A DNA stretch of 64,000 nucleotides from Octopus sinensis (taxonomy: Eukaryota), in NCBI RefSeq assembly GCF_006345805.1, contig NC_043004.1:55242001-55306000 (forward strand), written 5' to 3'. The notes beneath the pieces were generated by a model. The model did not search any database and was not told where the DNA came from. It saw only the letters and a program-made list of their open reading frames with translations. Shown piece by piece: positions 12,569 through 27,758 of the stretch (positions are counted from its first letter, which is position 1; each line of letters starts with the position of its first letter). Position numbers and translations under genes: made by a program.

Positions 12569-12699
12569 TAAAATATAAAATTGAAAACTTTAAATTATTT
12601 AAATTGAAAATAAAAATTATTAAATTATATTTATAATTTGTTTAAAAAATATATAACTATGAAAAAGTATGAAAAAGTTTAATATACATAAATACAGAT

Positions 12700-13100
12700 A
12701 TATACATTTTGTATATATACATTATATATACATATTTATATATAGAACACACACACACATACATTATATATACATATTTATATATAGAACACACACACAC
12801 ATACATTATATATACATATTTATATATAGAACACACACACACATACATTATATATACATATTTATATATAGAACACACACACACACATTATATATACATA
12901 TTTATATATAGAACACACACACACACACATACATTATATATACATATTTATATATAGAACACACACACACACATACATTATATATACATATTTATATATA
13001 GAACACACACACACACATACATTATATATACATATTTATATATAGAACACACACACATACATTATATATACATATTTATATATAGAACACACACACACAC
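12700..13100. repeat. About 36-44 bp minisatellite (TATATACATATTTATATATAGAACACAC…), shorter copy at about 18470-18740
   Basis: Direct reading. Confidence 0.9.
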
Positions 13101-13509
13101 ACACACATATAAATGAACGCAAGAATATCTGATTCATAATTTCTCATGCTCGTGTGTTGTTTGTTGGTGACAGACATATGAAGAAATGATAGGAAGGTAG
13201 GAAACAGAGTCAGTGAAAAAGAAAGGAAATAGCGATAGTGACAGATACTTTAAATAACGGTAATGGACTTCTGAAAGTTATGAAGAGGAGTAAGAGAGGG
13301 AAAGGAGGAAATAGGATGAGTGAGGAAGATGGCCCCTAGCAACCACACCTTTTAAGATAGGGATTTCTAAGGTAGCCCACGAGCATCGTCACCTCATTCT
13401 ACATGTCCCTGTAAATTTTGGAGCGAATCGGACGGGATGTAGTGGCATTGAAAGCGATCCAAGCGGTAAAAATGCATTTCAGTTTTATATATAGAGAAGA
13501 AGATATATA

Positions 13510-15909
13510 CTAGCTGAAGGTGACCCGCTCTACGCGCGGGTAAGAGTGTGGTTGTTACTTTCTGTTGCTTCCTTTCAGCACGTAAAAAGCACCATCCGAA
13601 TGTGGCGGATTGCAGCGCCGCTTTGACTGGCTTCTGTGCTGGTGGCACGTAAAAAGCACCAACCGATCGTGGCCGCTGCCAGCCCCCCTGGCACCTGTGC
13701 AGGCGGCACGAAAAAAGCACCCACTACGCTCACAGAGTGGTTGGCGTTAGGAAGGGCATCCACCTGTCGAAACACCGCCAGATCAGACTGGAGCCTGGTG
13801 CAGCCTCCTGGCTTTCCTAGACCCCTGTCAAACTGTCCAACCCGTGCTACCACGGAAAACGGACGTTAAACGATGATGATGATGATGATGATGATTCTCC
13901 CTCTTTGTTTCTTTCTCCTTTCTCTCTCACTTTCCCACTCTCTTACTCTTCCTTTCTCTCGGACTCTTTCTCGCTTTCTCTTACTCTCTATCTTTATGTA
14001 TCTCTCTCCCATTTATAAACAACAAAAGATCTTGAGTAAGTTGAGAAATAAAATATTTAGAAAGATCAATCATAAATATCAGGCAGTAACAACGGAAAGG
14101 TCTGCTTCAAGACAGACAGCAAAACACTAACATTTAAAAGGGACAGACGAACTTGCGAGCTGAATAAAAATAATAAAATATTGGAAACCAAAGTTTGAAG
14201 GGATAGAATTTGAGGATAGTAGAGTCACCATGGCTGGCATTTCTTAACGACGGACAGCAACGTATTGACAGTTCAACGGCTGGCGTAAAATTTTGAACTT
14301 GATGTAAAAGAAAATCCCCAAAAACCAAGTTTTGAATTGATTCTTTCTCACGACAGTAGACTCACCATGGCAAGCATTCAAAACTTCTTCATCATGGACG
14401 GCAACACATTGACGATTAAAAGGCTGGCGCAAATTTTTTAGCTTGATGTAACAGAGAATTGCTAAACACCCGCTCCTTTAAATTTTAATCCCCTTCCAGC
14501 CCCATTTAGACCCCTTTTCACATTTTGGTTAATATAACCCGATTTCATTTGGGTCTACTGGGGGCCACATTTTATAAGATGAGGACTCAACCAAGTTTCC
14601 CAAGTTCTGGTCATAGACCATAGAACAGTCAAGCAAGTTTCCCGAGTTCTGGTCATAGACCATAGAACAGTCAAGCAAGTTTCCCGAGTTCTGGTTATAG
14701 ACCATAGGACACTCAACCAAGTTTCCCGAGTTCTGGTCATTTGCAGAATAAATAGAGACGGCGGAGGTGGCAGACGTCGTTGCAATGTAAACATGATTTG
14801 TTATAAGAGAAAGATTGTCCAGATTGTGTGTTGTTGTTGGTAGTGGCGATGATAATTATCTTTAAGAATGGAGATAAAGAGAAATTGAATGGGAGTTAGA
14901 GGTAGAAAGAGAAGGTGTAAATTTTGGAGTGAATCCGACGGGATGTAGTGGGCTTTAACCCCGGCAAAAAAATAATAATATCTGTTGCGTTTCTGAAAGA
15001 GGTGAAGTAGGAATATTGAAACTTTTGCGGCTGTCATTGATAGACTCGTTGTAGAATAAATAGATACGGCGAAAAAAGAGAGCTCGAGAAAGAAAAGGTG
15101 ATATATGAAAGAGAGGACGGGAAAATGAAATATTTTGCAATGTAAACATGATTTGTTTTAAGAGAAAGATTGTCATGATTGTGTGTTGGTGGTGTTGGTG
15201 GTGGCGATGATAATTATCATTAGGAAAAAGAGTGAGTGAGTGAGGAAGACATACATAAGTTGTGGCGATGATAATTGTAGACCCCTTTTCACATTTTGAT
15301 GAAGAGAACCGGATTTCATTCGGGTGTACTGGGGCCACATATAGGTGTGTGTGTGTGTGTGTGTGCACGCTGTAGAAATTAAATTAGAGATAAAACCACT
15401 AATAGGGAAATGAAACAGTAAAAAATCAAAAACAAAAACATAAAAATAAAAATATAATATTAGATATATGTATATATGTGTGTGTGTGTTGACAGGTAGA
15501 CAATAGAATGCGATGGCGATGGCGATAGCGATGTAATATTTGTTTCTGTCTATGAACGCTGATAGATACATGAGTAAAATGTATAGGAAGCTAAGAGATA
15601 AGAGTGAGTGAAAATGTTCTTGGAAGAGAGTAAATAGCGAGAGAGTGATTTGAGGAAGACTTTACATTAAATAACTGGAGTGGACTTGTGAAATGAAGAG
15701 GAGTGAGAGGGTACTGGAAGAAATAGGGTGAGTGAGGAAGATGGCCCCTAGCAACCACACCTTTTAAGATAGGGATTTCTAAGGTAGCCCACGAGCATCG
15801 TCACCTCATTCTACATGTCCCTGTAAATTTTGGAGCGAATCGGACGGGATGTAGTGGCATTGAAAGCGATCCAAGCGGTAAAAACGCATTTCAGTTTTAT
15901 ATATAGAGA
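13510..15909 (-). mobile_element. Non-autonomous Helitron family A, unit H2 (variant interior)
   Basis: Same termini as H1 and H3; shares the about 1.07-kb 3' part and about 200-bp 5' part. Confidence 0.88.
14585..14740. repeat. 42-bp tandem repeat, about 3.7 copies
   Basis: CAAGTTTCCCGAGTTCTGGTCATAGACCATAGAACAGTCAAG repeated without spacers. Confidence 0.9.
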
Positions 15910-17112
15910 CTAGCTGAAGGTGACCCGCTCTACGCGCGGGTAAGAGCGTGGGTGTTACTTTCTGTTGCTTCCTTTCAGCACGTAAAAAGCACCATCCGAA
16001 CGTGGCCGATTGCAGCACCGCCTTGACTTGCTTCTGTGCTGGTGGCACGTAAAAAGCACCAACCGATCGTTGCCACTGCGAGCCCCCCTGGCACCAGTGC
16101 CGGCGGCACGAAAAAAGCAGTCACTACACTCATAGTGTGGTTGGCGTTAGGAAGGTCATCCACATGTAGAAACACTGCCAGATCAGACTGGAGCCTGGTG
16201 CAGACTCCTGGCTTCCGAGACCCCGGTCACACTGCCCAACACGTGCTAGCACGGAAAACGGACGTGAAACGATGATGATGATGATAATTCTCCGTATTTA
16301 TTTCTCTCTCCTTTCTCTCTCACTTTCCCACTCTCTTACTTTTCTTTTCTCTCTGACTCTCCCTCGCGTTCTCTTACTCTCTATCTTTATCTATCTCTCT
16401 CCCATTTCTAAACAACAGAAGATCTTGAGTAAGTTGAGAAATAAAATATTTAGAAAGATCAATCAGAAATATGAGGCAGTGGCAATGGAAAGGTCTGCTT
16501 CGAGGCAGACAGCAAAACGCTAACATTCAAAAGGGACAGACGAACTTGCGAGCTGAATAAAAGTAATAAAATATTGGAAACCAAAGTTTGAAGGGATAGA
16601 ATCTGAGGATAGTAGAGTCACCATGGCTGGCATTTGTTAACGACGGACAGCAACGTAGTGACAGTTTAACGGCTGGCGTAAAATTTTGAACTTGATGTAA
16701 AAGAAAATTCGTAAACACCAATTTTTGAAGTGATTCTTTCTCACGACAGTAGACTCACCATGGCAAGCATTCAAAACTTCTTTATCATGGACGGCAACAC
16801 ATTGACGATTAAAAGGCTGGCGCAAATTTTTTAGCTTGATGCAACAGAGAATTGCTAAACACCCACTCTTTGAAATTTTAATCCCCTTCCAGTCCCATTT
16901 AGACCCCTTTTCACATTTTGGTTAATATAACCCGATTTCATTCGGGTGTACTGGGGCCACATTTTATAAGATGAGGAATTTTGTCCTAGAGGTGACGCCT
17001 TTCATTTGAGGAACAAAATAGTTGTGATGCAAACTTGTCAGCACCTTTAACATAGGTGTGCATATTTTCAGGTGAATCGACCGACTACGTAATGCACACA
17101 TATATATATGTG

Positions 17113-17146
<34 letters not shown>

Positions 17147-19160
17147 GTGTGTGTGTGTGTGTGTGTGCACGCATTATATATACAAATGTATACAAATGAG
17201 ATATATATCTGTATAAATTAAATTAGAGATAAAACCACTAATAGGCAAATCAAACAGTGAAAAACCAAAAACAAAAACATAAAAAAAGAAAATATAACAT
17301 AGAAAATATATCTATATATATAAAACTGTAGTTGTGTGAGTGTCTGTCCCCTTCGATTTAGATTCCTAATTACTCCCAAATTTTGCGGTGCAGTTTAACC
17401 AAATTCGGGTATCTTATAGTCGTGATTCATATCGAGCCCGTCTGGGTATTAACGCGCGTCTACGATGAGTGTACGATTTTAAAAATAATTTAACATAATT
17501 TTTTATTCCATTTTAATGCATATTTTTTCGTGTGTCGATGGCGGCGGAGTTGGCGTCCACGCTCACGCCTGCACCTGTGTTGCTTCTCCCCCTTCTTCCC
17601 TCCCTCGTGAAGCTGTGGGGAAGGGAGTGTAAGGAAATCAACGTCGTAATGCGTTGTGAAGGAGACCAGCGTTCTTTTAGAACAACGACTTCATGGCTTG
17701 AAGTCGCCAAAACAGAAATCGCTAAAAAAGCTGAAACAGATCCACAAAAACGGCAAAAACCGCCACACAGGGCAGGTTTCCTGTGCAAACAATTTGCACA
17801 ACCGAATGTTTTAGTTGTTGCACAAATCTTTATATATAAAAGTAAGGTTGTGTGTCTGTCTCCAACGATTTAGATTCCTAACTACTCCCACATTTTGCGG
17901 TGCAGTGTAACCAAAACCGGGTATCTTATAGTCGTGATTCATATCGAGCCCTTCTGGGTATTAGCGCGCGTCTACGATGAGTCTACGATTTAAAAAAAAA
18001 ATTACCATCATTTTTTATTCCATTTTAATGCATTTTTCGCTATTATATAAGGGAAGTAACTCTCTAAAAATGTCTACGATGAGTCAACGATTAAAAAAAA
18101 ATTACCATCATATTTTTATTCCATTTTAATGCATTTTTCGCTATTATATAAGGGAAGTAACTCTGTAAAAATGTCTACGATGAGTCAACGATTTAAAAAA
18201 GAAATTACTATCATTTTTTATTCCGTCTTTAATGCATTTTTTACTATTTTTTTTGCTATAACTCACTAAAAATGCTTATATAGTTATTTCCCATACAAAC
18301 CCGAGCAACGCCGGGCGATACTGCTAGTAAAATATAAAATTGAAAACTTTAAATTATTTAAATTGAAAATAAAAATTATGAAATTATATTTATAATTTGT
18401 TTAAAAATATATATAACTATGAAAAAGTATGAAAAAGTTTAATATACATAAATACAGATATATACACTTTGTATATATACATTATATATACATATTTATA
18501 TATAGAACACACACACACACATACATTATATATACATATTTATATATAGAACACACACACACACACATACATTATATATACATATTTATATATAGAACAC
18601 ACACACACACATACATTATATATACATATTTATATATAGAACACACACACACACATACATTATATATACATATTTATATATAGAACACACACACACATAC
18701 ATTATATATAGATATATATATAGAACACACACACACACACACACACATATAAATGAACGCAAGAATATCTGATTCATAATATTTGTTCTCATGCTCGTGT
18801 GTTGATTGTTGGTGACAGACATATACTTCAAAGAACGCCGCCGAAGTGATAGGAAGGTAGGAAACAGAGTCAGTGAAAAAGAAAGGAAATAGCGATAGTG
18901 ACAGATACTTTAAATAACAGTAGTGGCATTCTGAAAGTTATAAATGAAGAGGAGTGACAGAGTACTGGAGGAAATAGGGTGAGGTAGGAAGATGGCCCCT
19001 AGAAACCACAGTTTTTAAGATAGGGATTTCTAAGGTAGCCCACGCGCATCGTCACCTCATTCTACATGTCCCTGTAAATTTTGGATCGAATCGGACGGGA
19101 TGTAGTGGCATTGAAAGCGAACCAAGCGGTAAAAAGGCATTTCAGTTTTATATATAGAGA
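15910..19160 (-). mobile_element. Non-autonomous Helitron family A, unit H3 (near-copy of H1)
   Basis: CTAG at 15910-15913; 5' end at 19160 flanked A|TC on the minus strand; collinear with H1 including cargo. Confidence 0.88.
17311..18327 (+). mobile_element. Helitron family B nested in H3, with two 5' ends (17311 and 17827)
   Basis: Near-identical to 11556-12568. Confidence 0.88.
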
Positions 19161-19199
19161 TATATATATTATAGTTGAAAAAAGATTAGAGATCTATAC

Positions 19200-19690
<491 letters not shown>

Positions 19691-19990
19691 GAAGGCGTGT
19701 AGTTAAGTATTTAGGATATTCGGCTCTCGCTCGTGAGTTCAATTCCCGTCGACGCGTTGTGTCCTTGAGTAAGACACTTTATTTCACGTTACTCCAGTTC
19801 ACTCAGCCGGCAAAAATGAGTAGTATTTCAAAGGGTCAGCCTTGTCACACGTCTGTCACACAGAATCTCCCTGAGAACTACGTTAAGGGTACACATGTAT
19901 ATGAAGTGCTCAGCCATATGCACGTGAATTTCATGAGCAGGCTGTTCCGTTGATCAGATCAACTGGAACCCTCGTCGTCGTAACCGACGG
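19691..19990 (+). mobile_element. tRNA-derived SINE family 2
   Basis: GAAGGCGTG…GAGTTCAATTCCC head, GTGTCCTTGAGTAAGACACTTT core, CCCTCGTCGTCGTAACCGACGG tail. Confidence 0.85.
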
Positions 19991-19996
19991 GTTGAT

Positions 19997-20300
<304 letters not shown>

Positions 20301-20572
20301 GGATGAAGTTATTTTTGCTACAGAAAAAGAATTCCATCAAGAAATGTGGCAGCATATTAAAATACCTTTACGGTTAAAATTATAAACAACTTATAAGTAA
20401 GGGCTAAAGAAAATTATTTCAATGCCAATATGCTGATAACAGACTATTAAATCGTCAATTTCCACATATTATTTACTCGCTACAGAAATGGGGTACTTAT
20501 ATGTACTCATGATTTTTGCTTCGGCTTTTTCCATGGGCGCATGTAAGTATCTTATTTATATCCTTTCGTATG

Positions 20573-20632
20573 TTCTACTGAAGAGGAAATAATCTTTTAT
20601 GAGATTAATTCCGAAATTGATTCAATATAGAA
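20573..20632 (+). ncRNA. Canonical type I hammerhead ribozyme
   Basis: TTCTA-CTGAAGA-GGA…TCC-GAAA-TTGA-T-TCAA-TA-TAGAA. Confidence 0.88.
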
Positions 20633-21076
20633 ATAAAGAAATTAAAAAAAAATTCTATCGGCCGGCTTCCCCGATCTCAGTTCTTCGTGTTTTCTTCTGT
20701 AGCGAGTAAATAATATGTGGAAATTGACGATTTAAAAGTCTGTTATCAGCATATTGGCATTGAAATAATTTTCTTTAGCACTTACTTATAAGTTGTTTAT
20801 AATTTTAACCGTAAAGGTATTTTAATATGCTGCCATATTTTTTGATGGGATTCTTTTTCTGTAGAAAAAAAACTTCATCCTATATTAGTAGCAGACTTAT
20901 TACTACTCGCTATAGGGACTGGTAACAACTATAACCTGTAGTGGCGAACAGTCAACACGTTGTGCTGAGGCTGACCAAAGAATTTTATTTTTTAGATATA
21001 TCTGGGGTACTCATGATTTTTGCTTCGGCTTTTTCCATGGGCGCATGTAAGTATCTTATTTATATCCTTTCGTATG

Positions 21077-21136
21077 TTCTACCGAAGAGGAAAGAATCTT
21101 TTATGAGATTAATTCCGAAATTGATTCAATATAGAA
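21077..21136 (+). ncRNA. Type I hammerhead ribozyme (U4C variant copy)
   Basis: TTCTA-CCGAAGA-GGA…TCC-GAAA-TTGATTCAA-TA-TAGAA. Confidence 0.8.
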
Positions 21137-21298
21137 ATAACGAACTTTTAAAAAAAAATTCTATCGGTCGGCTTCCCCGATTTCAGTTCTTTGTGTTTTT
21201 TCTGTAGCGAGTAAATAATATGTGGAAATTGACGATTTAATAGTCTGTTATCAGCATATTGGCATTGAAATAATTTTCTTTAGCCCTTACTTATAAGT

Positions 21299-21408
<110 letters not shown>

Positions 21409-21449
21409 GATATATATATAAATTATATATATATATGTATTTATGTATG

Positions 21450-21527
<78 letters not shown>

Positions 21528-21808
21528 ATATATAATATATATATATATGTATATATACTTCTAATATAAGGAATATAAGGATAAAATTCTATTTAAAAAA
21601 TTTCCTCAGTGGCCAGCGTATGAAAAATATCTTTTGAGGTGAAATAATTATAAATACAATTATAAATAAGGGCAAAAAGAAAAAAAAAATTTCTTTGTCA
21701 ATATGCTGAAAAATAGTCTAACCACATAAAATATTTTCACTTGTATTACTATACCACTTGTCGAAACGAGGAAAGCAAGCTAAGAGAAATTCACAAAAAT
21801 ATAGTTAT

Positions 21809-21868
21809 CCCCGAATCGGTTCCGATTTCTGGATTAATCCAAAAAGGATTCTTCCTTCATCAACGAGG
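21809..21868 (-). ncRNA. Type I hammerhead motif (C3U variant)
   Basis: CCTCG-TTGATGA-A-GGA…AATCC-TTTTT-GGATT…TCC-A-GAAA-TCGG-AA-CCGA-TT-CGGGG. Confidence 0.7.
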
Positions 21869-21892
21869 AACACAAATTGAAAATAGATGAAA

Positions 21893-22199
21893 CTAGCAGT
21901 ATCGCCCGGCGTTGCTCGGGTTTGTAAGGGAAATAACTATATAAGCATTTTTAGAGAGTTACTTCCCTTATATAACCCGAGCAAAAATCATTAAAAATGC
22001 TGAAAAATGATGGTAAATTTTTTTTTAAATCGCAGACTCATCGTAGACTCGCGCTAATACCCAGAAGGGCTCGATATGAATGACGACTATAAGATACCCG
22101 CTTTTGGTTAAACTGCACCGCAAAATGTGGGAGTAGTTAGGAATCTAAATCGGAGGAGACAGAGTCTCACACACACAACTTCAATTTTATATATAAAGA
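21893..22199 (-). mobile_element. Helitron family B, short copy
   Basis: CTAG + hairpin and TCTTTATATATAAAA termini; inserted at A|T. Confidence 0.9.
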
Positions 22200-22802
22200 T
22201 ATTTAGACATACCCACGGAAAAGCAGTTGCAAAGTCATGAATACAATTAAGTACCCCAGCTATATCCAAATAGAAATTCTGTAGCAAGCCTCGAAACAAG
22301 TGTAGTCGGTCAGGAAACGCACACAAGTGGCTAACCAGTCCCGAAGTGAATGAGAATTAATCTACTTCTAATATAAGGATAAAAGGTGAAGATTACAAAT
22401 ACTATAATAAATAAGGGCAAAAAGATTAATCCAGAAATCGGAACCGATTCGGGGATAACAATATTCTTATGAATTTCTCTTAGCTTGCTTTCCTCGTTTG
22501 ACACGTGGCATAGCAATATAAATGAAAATATTTTATGTGGTTAGACGATTTAGCGTCTATTTTTCAGCATATTGACAAAGAGATTTTTTCTTTTTGCCCT
22601 TGTTTATAAATATATATACACACAGACACACACGCGCACACACACACACGCACACGCACACGCACAAACACACGCACACACACACACACATATATATACA
22701 CATTATACACATACCTACATACACGAGTGCGCGCACACATAAACATATGTATGTATTTATGTACGTGTGTACGAATGTATATATATATGAATATATTTAT
22801 AA

Positions 22803-22850
<48 letters not shown>

Positions 22851-23100
22851 ATATACAGACATATATACAATAAACTTGGGGTTGACTAGAATCCAGACAA
22901 TCACTTCAGCAGCACTTCATGCAAGAACCTGAGTAGCAAAGTGTTCAGAGACTGGTGTAAAAACTAACTTATTTATTAGTTAATTAATAGTAGAGCGTTC
23001 CGAAAATCCAAGGCATGTACACCAGCTAGGTATACGATAACCTTCGTAGAGTAAATGTCAATAATTTAGATAAAAGAATGGAGAATTAAAGATATTCTTA

Positions 23101-23515
23101 TACTCTTATACTCTTATACTTGTTTCAGTCATTTGACTGCGGCTATGCTGGAGCACCGCCTTTAGTCGAGCAAATCGACCCCGGGACTTATTCTTTGTAA
23201 GCCCAGTACTTATTCTATCGGTCTCTTTTGCCGAACCGCTAAGTTACGGGGACGTAAACACACCAGCATCGGTTGTCAAGCAATGCTAGAGGGACAAACA
23301 CAGACACACAAACATATACACACACACTTATATATATATATATACATATATACGACAGGCTCCTTTCAGTTTCCGTCTATCAAATCCACTCACAAGGCAT
23401 TGGTCGGCCTGGGGCTATAGCAGAAGACACTTGCCCAAGATGCCACGCAGTGGGACTGAACCCGGAACCATGTGGTTGGTAAGCAAGCTACTTACCACAC
23501 AGCCACTCCTGCGCC
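23101..23515 (-). mobile_element. SINE family 1, full length
   Basis: Head to (TAAGAG)n-type tail present. Confidence 0.88.
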
Positions 23516-24342
23516 TATGTTGCAAAAAAAAAAATTCTGCTAATGCATAGATCAGATTAAGTATCTGTCGTCAGACATGTGTTAGCATCAGATCACTTTT
23601 AGTCCTCAACAAAACGACGTGGTTTGGACACATTCTTAATTTTGTATATTTTCCATCTTTGAATTGATAACGATTTTGAATCGTTTATCCAGCTTTTCAT
23701 TAAATATTTGGGTCTCTGCAATCAAGCCACAAATCTGAAATGAAATACTATTGCTCTTCTTTCAAATTTTGTTTTACTGGAGTTTGCAACTTACAAGGAG
23801 GCCTTTGCAAGTTTATGTAAAGTGGTCTTGCTAAAACGCTACATCGTATTTTTTAACTAAACTGAAAATTCAAGTTTTACTTTGGTCTATTATTCAGCCA
23901 TTCATGTAAGATCGATTTTGGTCATCTTCATTTTCGGGTGCCCGATGATGTGGGAAGATTTTGTAATGCACAAATAATGAATGAAATCCCATGCTACTAA
24001 AACATATGTAACACGGGCCGAATTGCTATCGCCTATTCTACTTTTATTACACACACACACATGCACACAGACATGCATATTAAGGATACATATAAGGCAT
24101 ACATAATACATACATACACGCATACACATATGTATATGTATATCTGTATTATGTATTGATTTGTATTTCTCCCGCTTCTAGAACGAAACACTGGCATGTA
24201 AACATAGCTATGTCATTAATAAGAAGATATGCAACAATGTTGGGAAGACTTCTCCAGGGCAGAGATCTGGTGAAATTTTTCTATAATAGAATACGAGCTG
24301 TCATCTATGCAGCCAGTCTCCAGCCTCTATGTCATATGTATG

Positions 24343-24720
<378 letters not shown>

Positions 24721-24784
24721 TGTGTGTGTATGTGTATGTGACTGAGTATATGTATATGTATATATTCACGTACATATAAATACA

Positions 24785-24820
<36 letters not shown>

Positions 24821-26439
24821 TGTATATATATATGCGTAAGTGTATATATATGTGCGGGGAGGGTGGACGGTCACACACACACACACACACATACTCTCTC
24901 TCTCTCTCTCTCTCTCTCACACATACACACACACACGTATTTATACACATGCGTGTGTTAATGAATTTGTGTTCAACGTCTGTCATAGTCACCCTATATA
25001 CAATTCCTGCTACGTGTATTTACTGTCTTATCCGTCCTCTAAGCTAAGTCGCTTCTTCGTTCCATCTCCTCAGCACTTGTTGCAAGACGCATTCACACAG
25101 ATAGATATGCGTCCGCACATACATCTACGTGTATGTACACGCAAGCATCCCCGTATTGACACATGCATACATACATCCATGAACACAGACGCACATAAAT
25201 ACTTCTTCATTTGCATACACAAGCAGATGCATGCATGCATGCCTATAGATGCTTGCCTAGATACAAGCATACAACTATGAAGATATACGTACACAAACTC
25301 GTACACATGCGCACGTAAACAGAAATATATGCGCACATGTATACGTGCAGACATCTATGCATGCATACATACATATATGCATATACAAACGTATAAATGT
25401 TTATATCCATGCATGCATATATGCATAAAATGTGCAATACATATGTCGTAATAATTATACCCATGCTCGTATATATATATATATATGCATTAAATGGTAC
25501 ATGCATTTGCACCTATGAACACACATACTTGTAGATATCCAAATGCTTTCAAACATGTTGTATATACGTATGCGTATTGCATAAACACGCATGTATGTAA
25601 ACTCTTGCGCATGTATATACGCCAGTTGTTACAAAATAGTACAAATGCACTGATGAAATTACAAATATATGCATATGTACAACGTGCAAATATACGCATA
25701 TGTGGAAACATATATACTCACAGTATGTATACATACAGGTAAATGCACACTGAGGTGCATGCATAAGTACAAGTGTATATAACATTATATGCATAATGCG
25801 TGTATACACATAGATAGTATATAAGCATACATTTATGCAGACACATAAACATTCACTTCAATATATGCAAGCATTCACGTACATGCATGCATATATGCAT
25901 TCATACATATCATGTGCGTTATATATATATGTATAAATGCACTCATAAAAGTTAGCTGTCTATATGCAAGATACGAAAATTTTGTGAGCGCAATAACATG
26001 CTAACATATGCTCATATGAACACTCAAATATATATAAAGGTAAGCAGAGTTATATATAGTTATTACATACATATATATGCTTGTATCTAAGCATATATGT
26101 ACAGTGAGGAACGTGTGAAGCACATACGCATAAACTCAAATACACACACTATGTATCATGGCAAACCATCATCCACTTTTACAAACAACAACACAGCTTC
26201 TACATAAATATTTGTGTTTGTGTGCGTACGCGCGCGTATGTTTGTGTGTGAGTGTGTGTGTGTATGGACATATATGAAGCATACACATTTATAAACATAT
26301 ATATTCTTATATATATATATACCGGAGTAAACACATGAATGTGAAACAAGGTGGTAAAAAGAGTACTCAAATACCAGTGGTAGAGTAATGAAACTCAGAG
26401 TAACAGGTTTTGTTGAATTTTCTGCTGCTTTAAATAAAG

Positions 26440-26470
<31 letters not shown>

Positions 26471-26638
26471 TATATATATATTATATATATATATATTATA
26501 TATATATATAGAAATATTAAAATAACTAAGTCTCTCTAAAAGAGAACAGCGGCAGCGTTCCCGGGAAATAATAGTTATCGCCATACTAATATTTTTCTTA
26601 TTTTTATAAGAATGCCATATTAGTATGGCGATAACTAT

Positions 26639-26690
<52 letters not shown>

Positions 26691-27044
26691 GGATATATAC
26701 TTGTATGTATGTATATTTGTATATATTTTGGACACACACACACCTATCTGTTTATCTATCTATCTATCTATTTGTACATACATATTTACATATATACAAA
26801 CACACATATGAGTGTGTTTGTGTGTGTGTTAGTTTGTGTGTATGTTTGTGCGTGTATGACTATGTGCGTGCATGTGTATGTATATAAAGCACACACATTC
26901 ACAAACATATATTCGTATATGTATATATTTTATATTTTATCTAGTTTCAGCTCACGAGCTGATATATATATATATGTATATATGTCTGTATATATACATA
27001 TATATATATATCTATGAATATTTGTATGTATGTATATTTGTACA

Positions 27045-27082
<38 letters not shown>

Positions 27083-27144
27083 CATCGATCCATCCATCGA
27101 TCCATCCATCGATCCATCGATCCATCCATCCATCCATCCATCCA

Positions 27145-27178
<34 letters not shown>

Positions 27179-27758
27179 CATTCATACAAATATACTATAA
27201 GAGTGTGTTTGTTTGCTTGTGTGTGTGTGTAAGTCTGCGTGCGTGCTTGCATGCGTGCATGCGCGTGTGTGTGTGTGTGTGTATGTGTGTGTGTGTGTGT
27301 GTGTGAAAGAGTGAGAGAAAGAGAGAGAGAGAGAGCGCGAGAGCGAGAGAGAGCGAGATAGATAGATAGAGAGAGAGAGCGAGAACGAAAGAGTGAGAGA
27401 GAGAGTGTGTGTGTGTGTGCATTCATGATGACATGCAAATGCTTGGTCATGTGGCGGCGTATTTAACACGTGTCATCACATAAATTCGGTGGTTGATATC
27501 TCCTGTACTCTTACAATGACCATTACCACTATAACCGCCACCACCACCACCACCACCACAACCGCCGCCACCACTACTATCATCAGCACCGCCATCGACA
27601 ATCACAACCACAGCCACAACCACAACCACCAGTACCATTACCAGCACCGACGCCACATCACCAGCTCCACCAGCACCACCCCGACCACGACTACCAGCAG
27701 CAAAGGCAGCAGCACCAGCACCACCACCAGCGCCACCATCATCACCATTACCACTACC

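Larger units (their letters stand above)
10176..13497 (-). mobile_element. Non-autonomous Helitron family A, unit H1
   Basis: Minus strand: 5' TCTCTATATATAAAACTG; 3' hairpin ACCCGC-GCGTAGA-GCGGGT, then CTAG|T. Confidence 0.88.

Noticed and set aside
14585-14740. CRISPR-like 42-bp repeat
   Set aside because: No unique spacers, eukaryotic context, no cas genes
19691-19760. tRNA-like A/B-box sequences here and in other SINE heads
   Set aside because: No complete cloverleaf; they continue into SINE bodies
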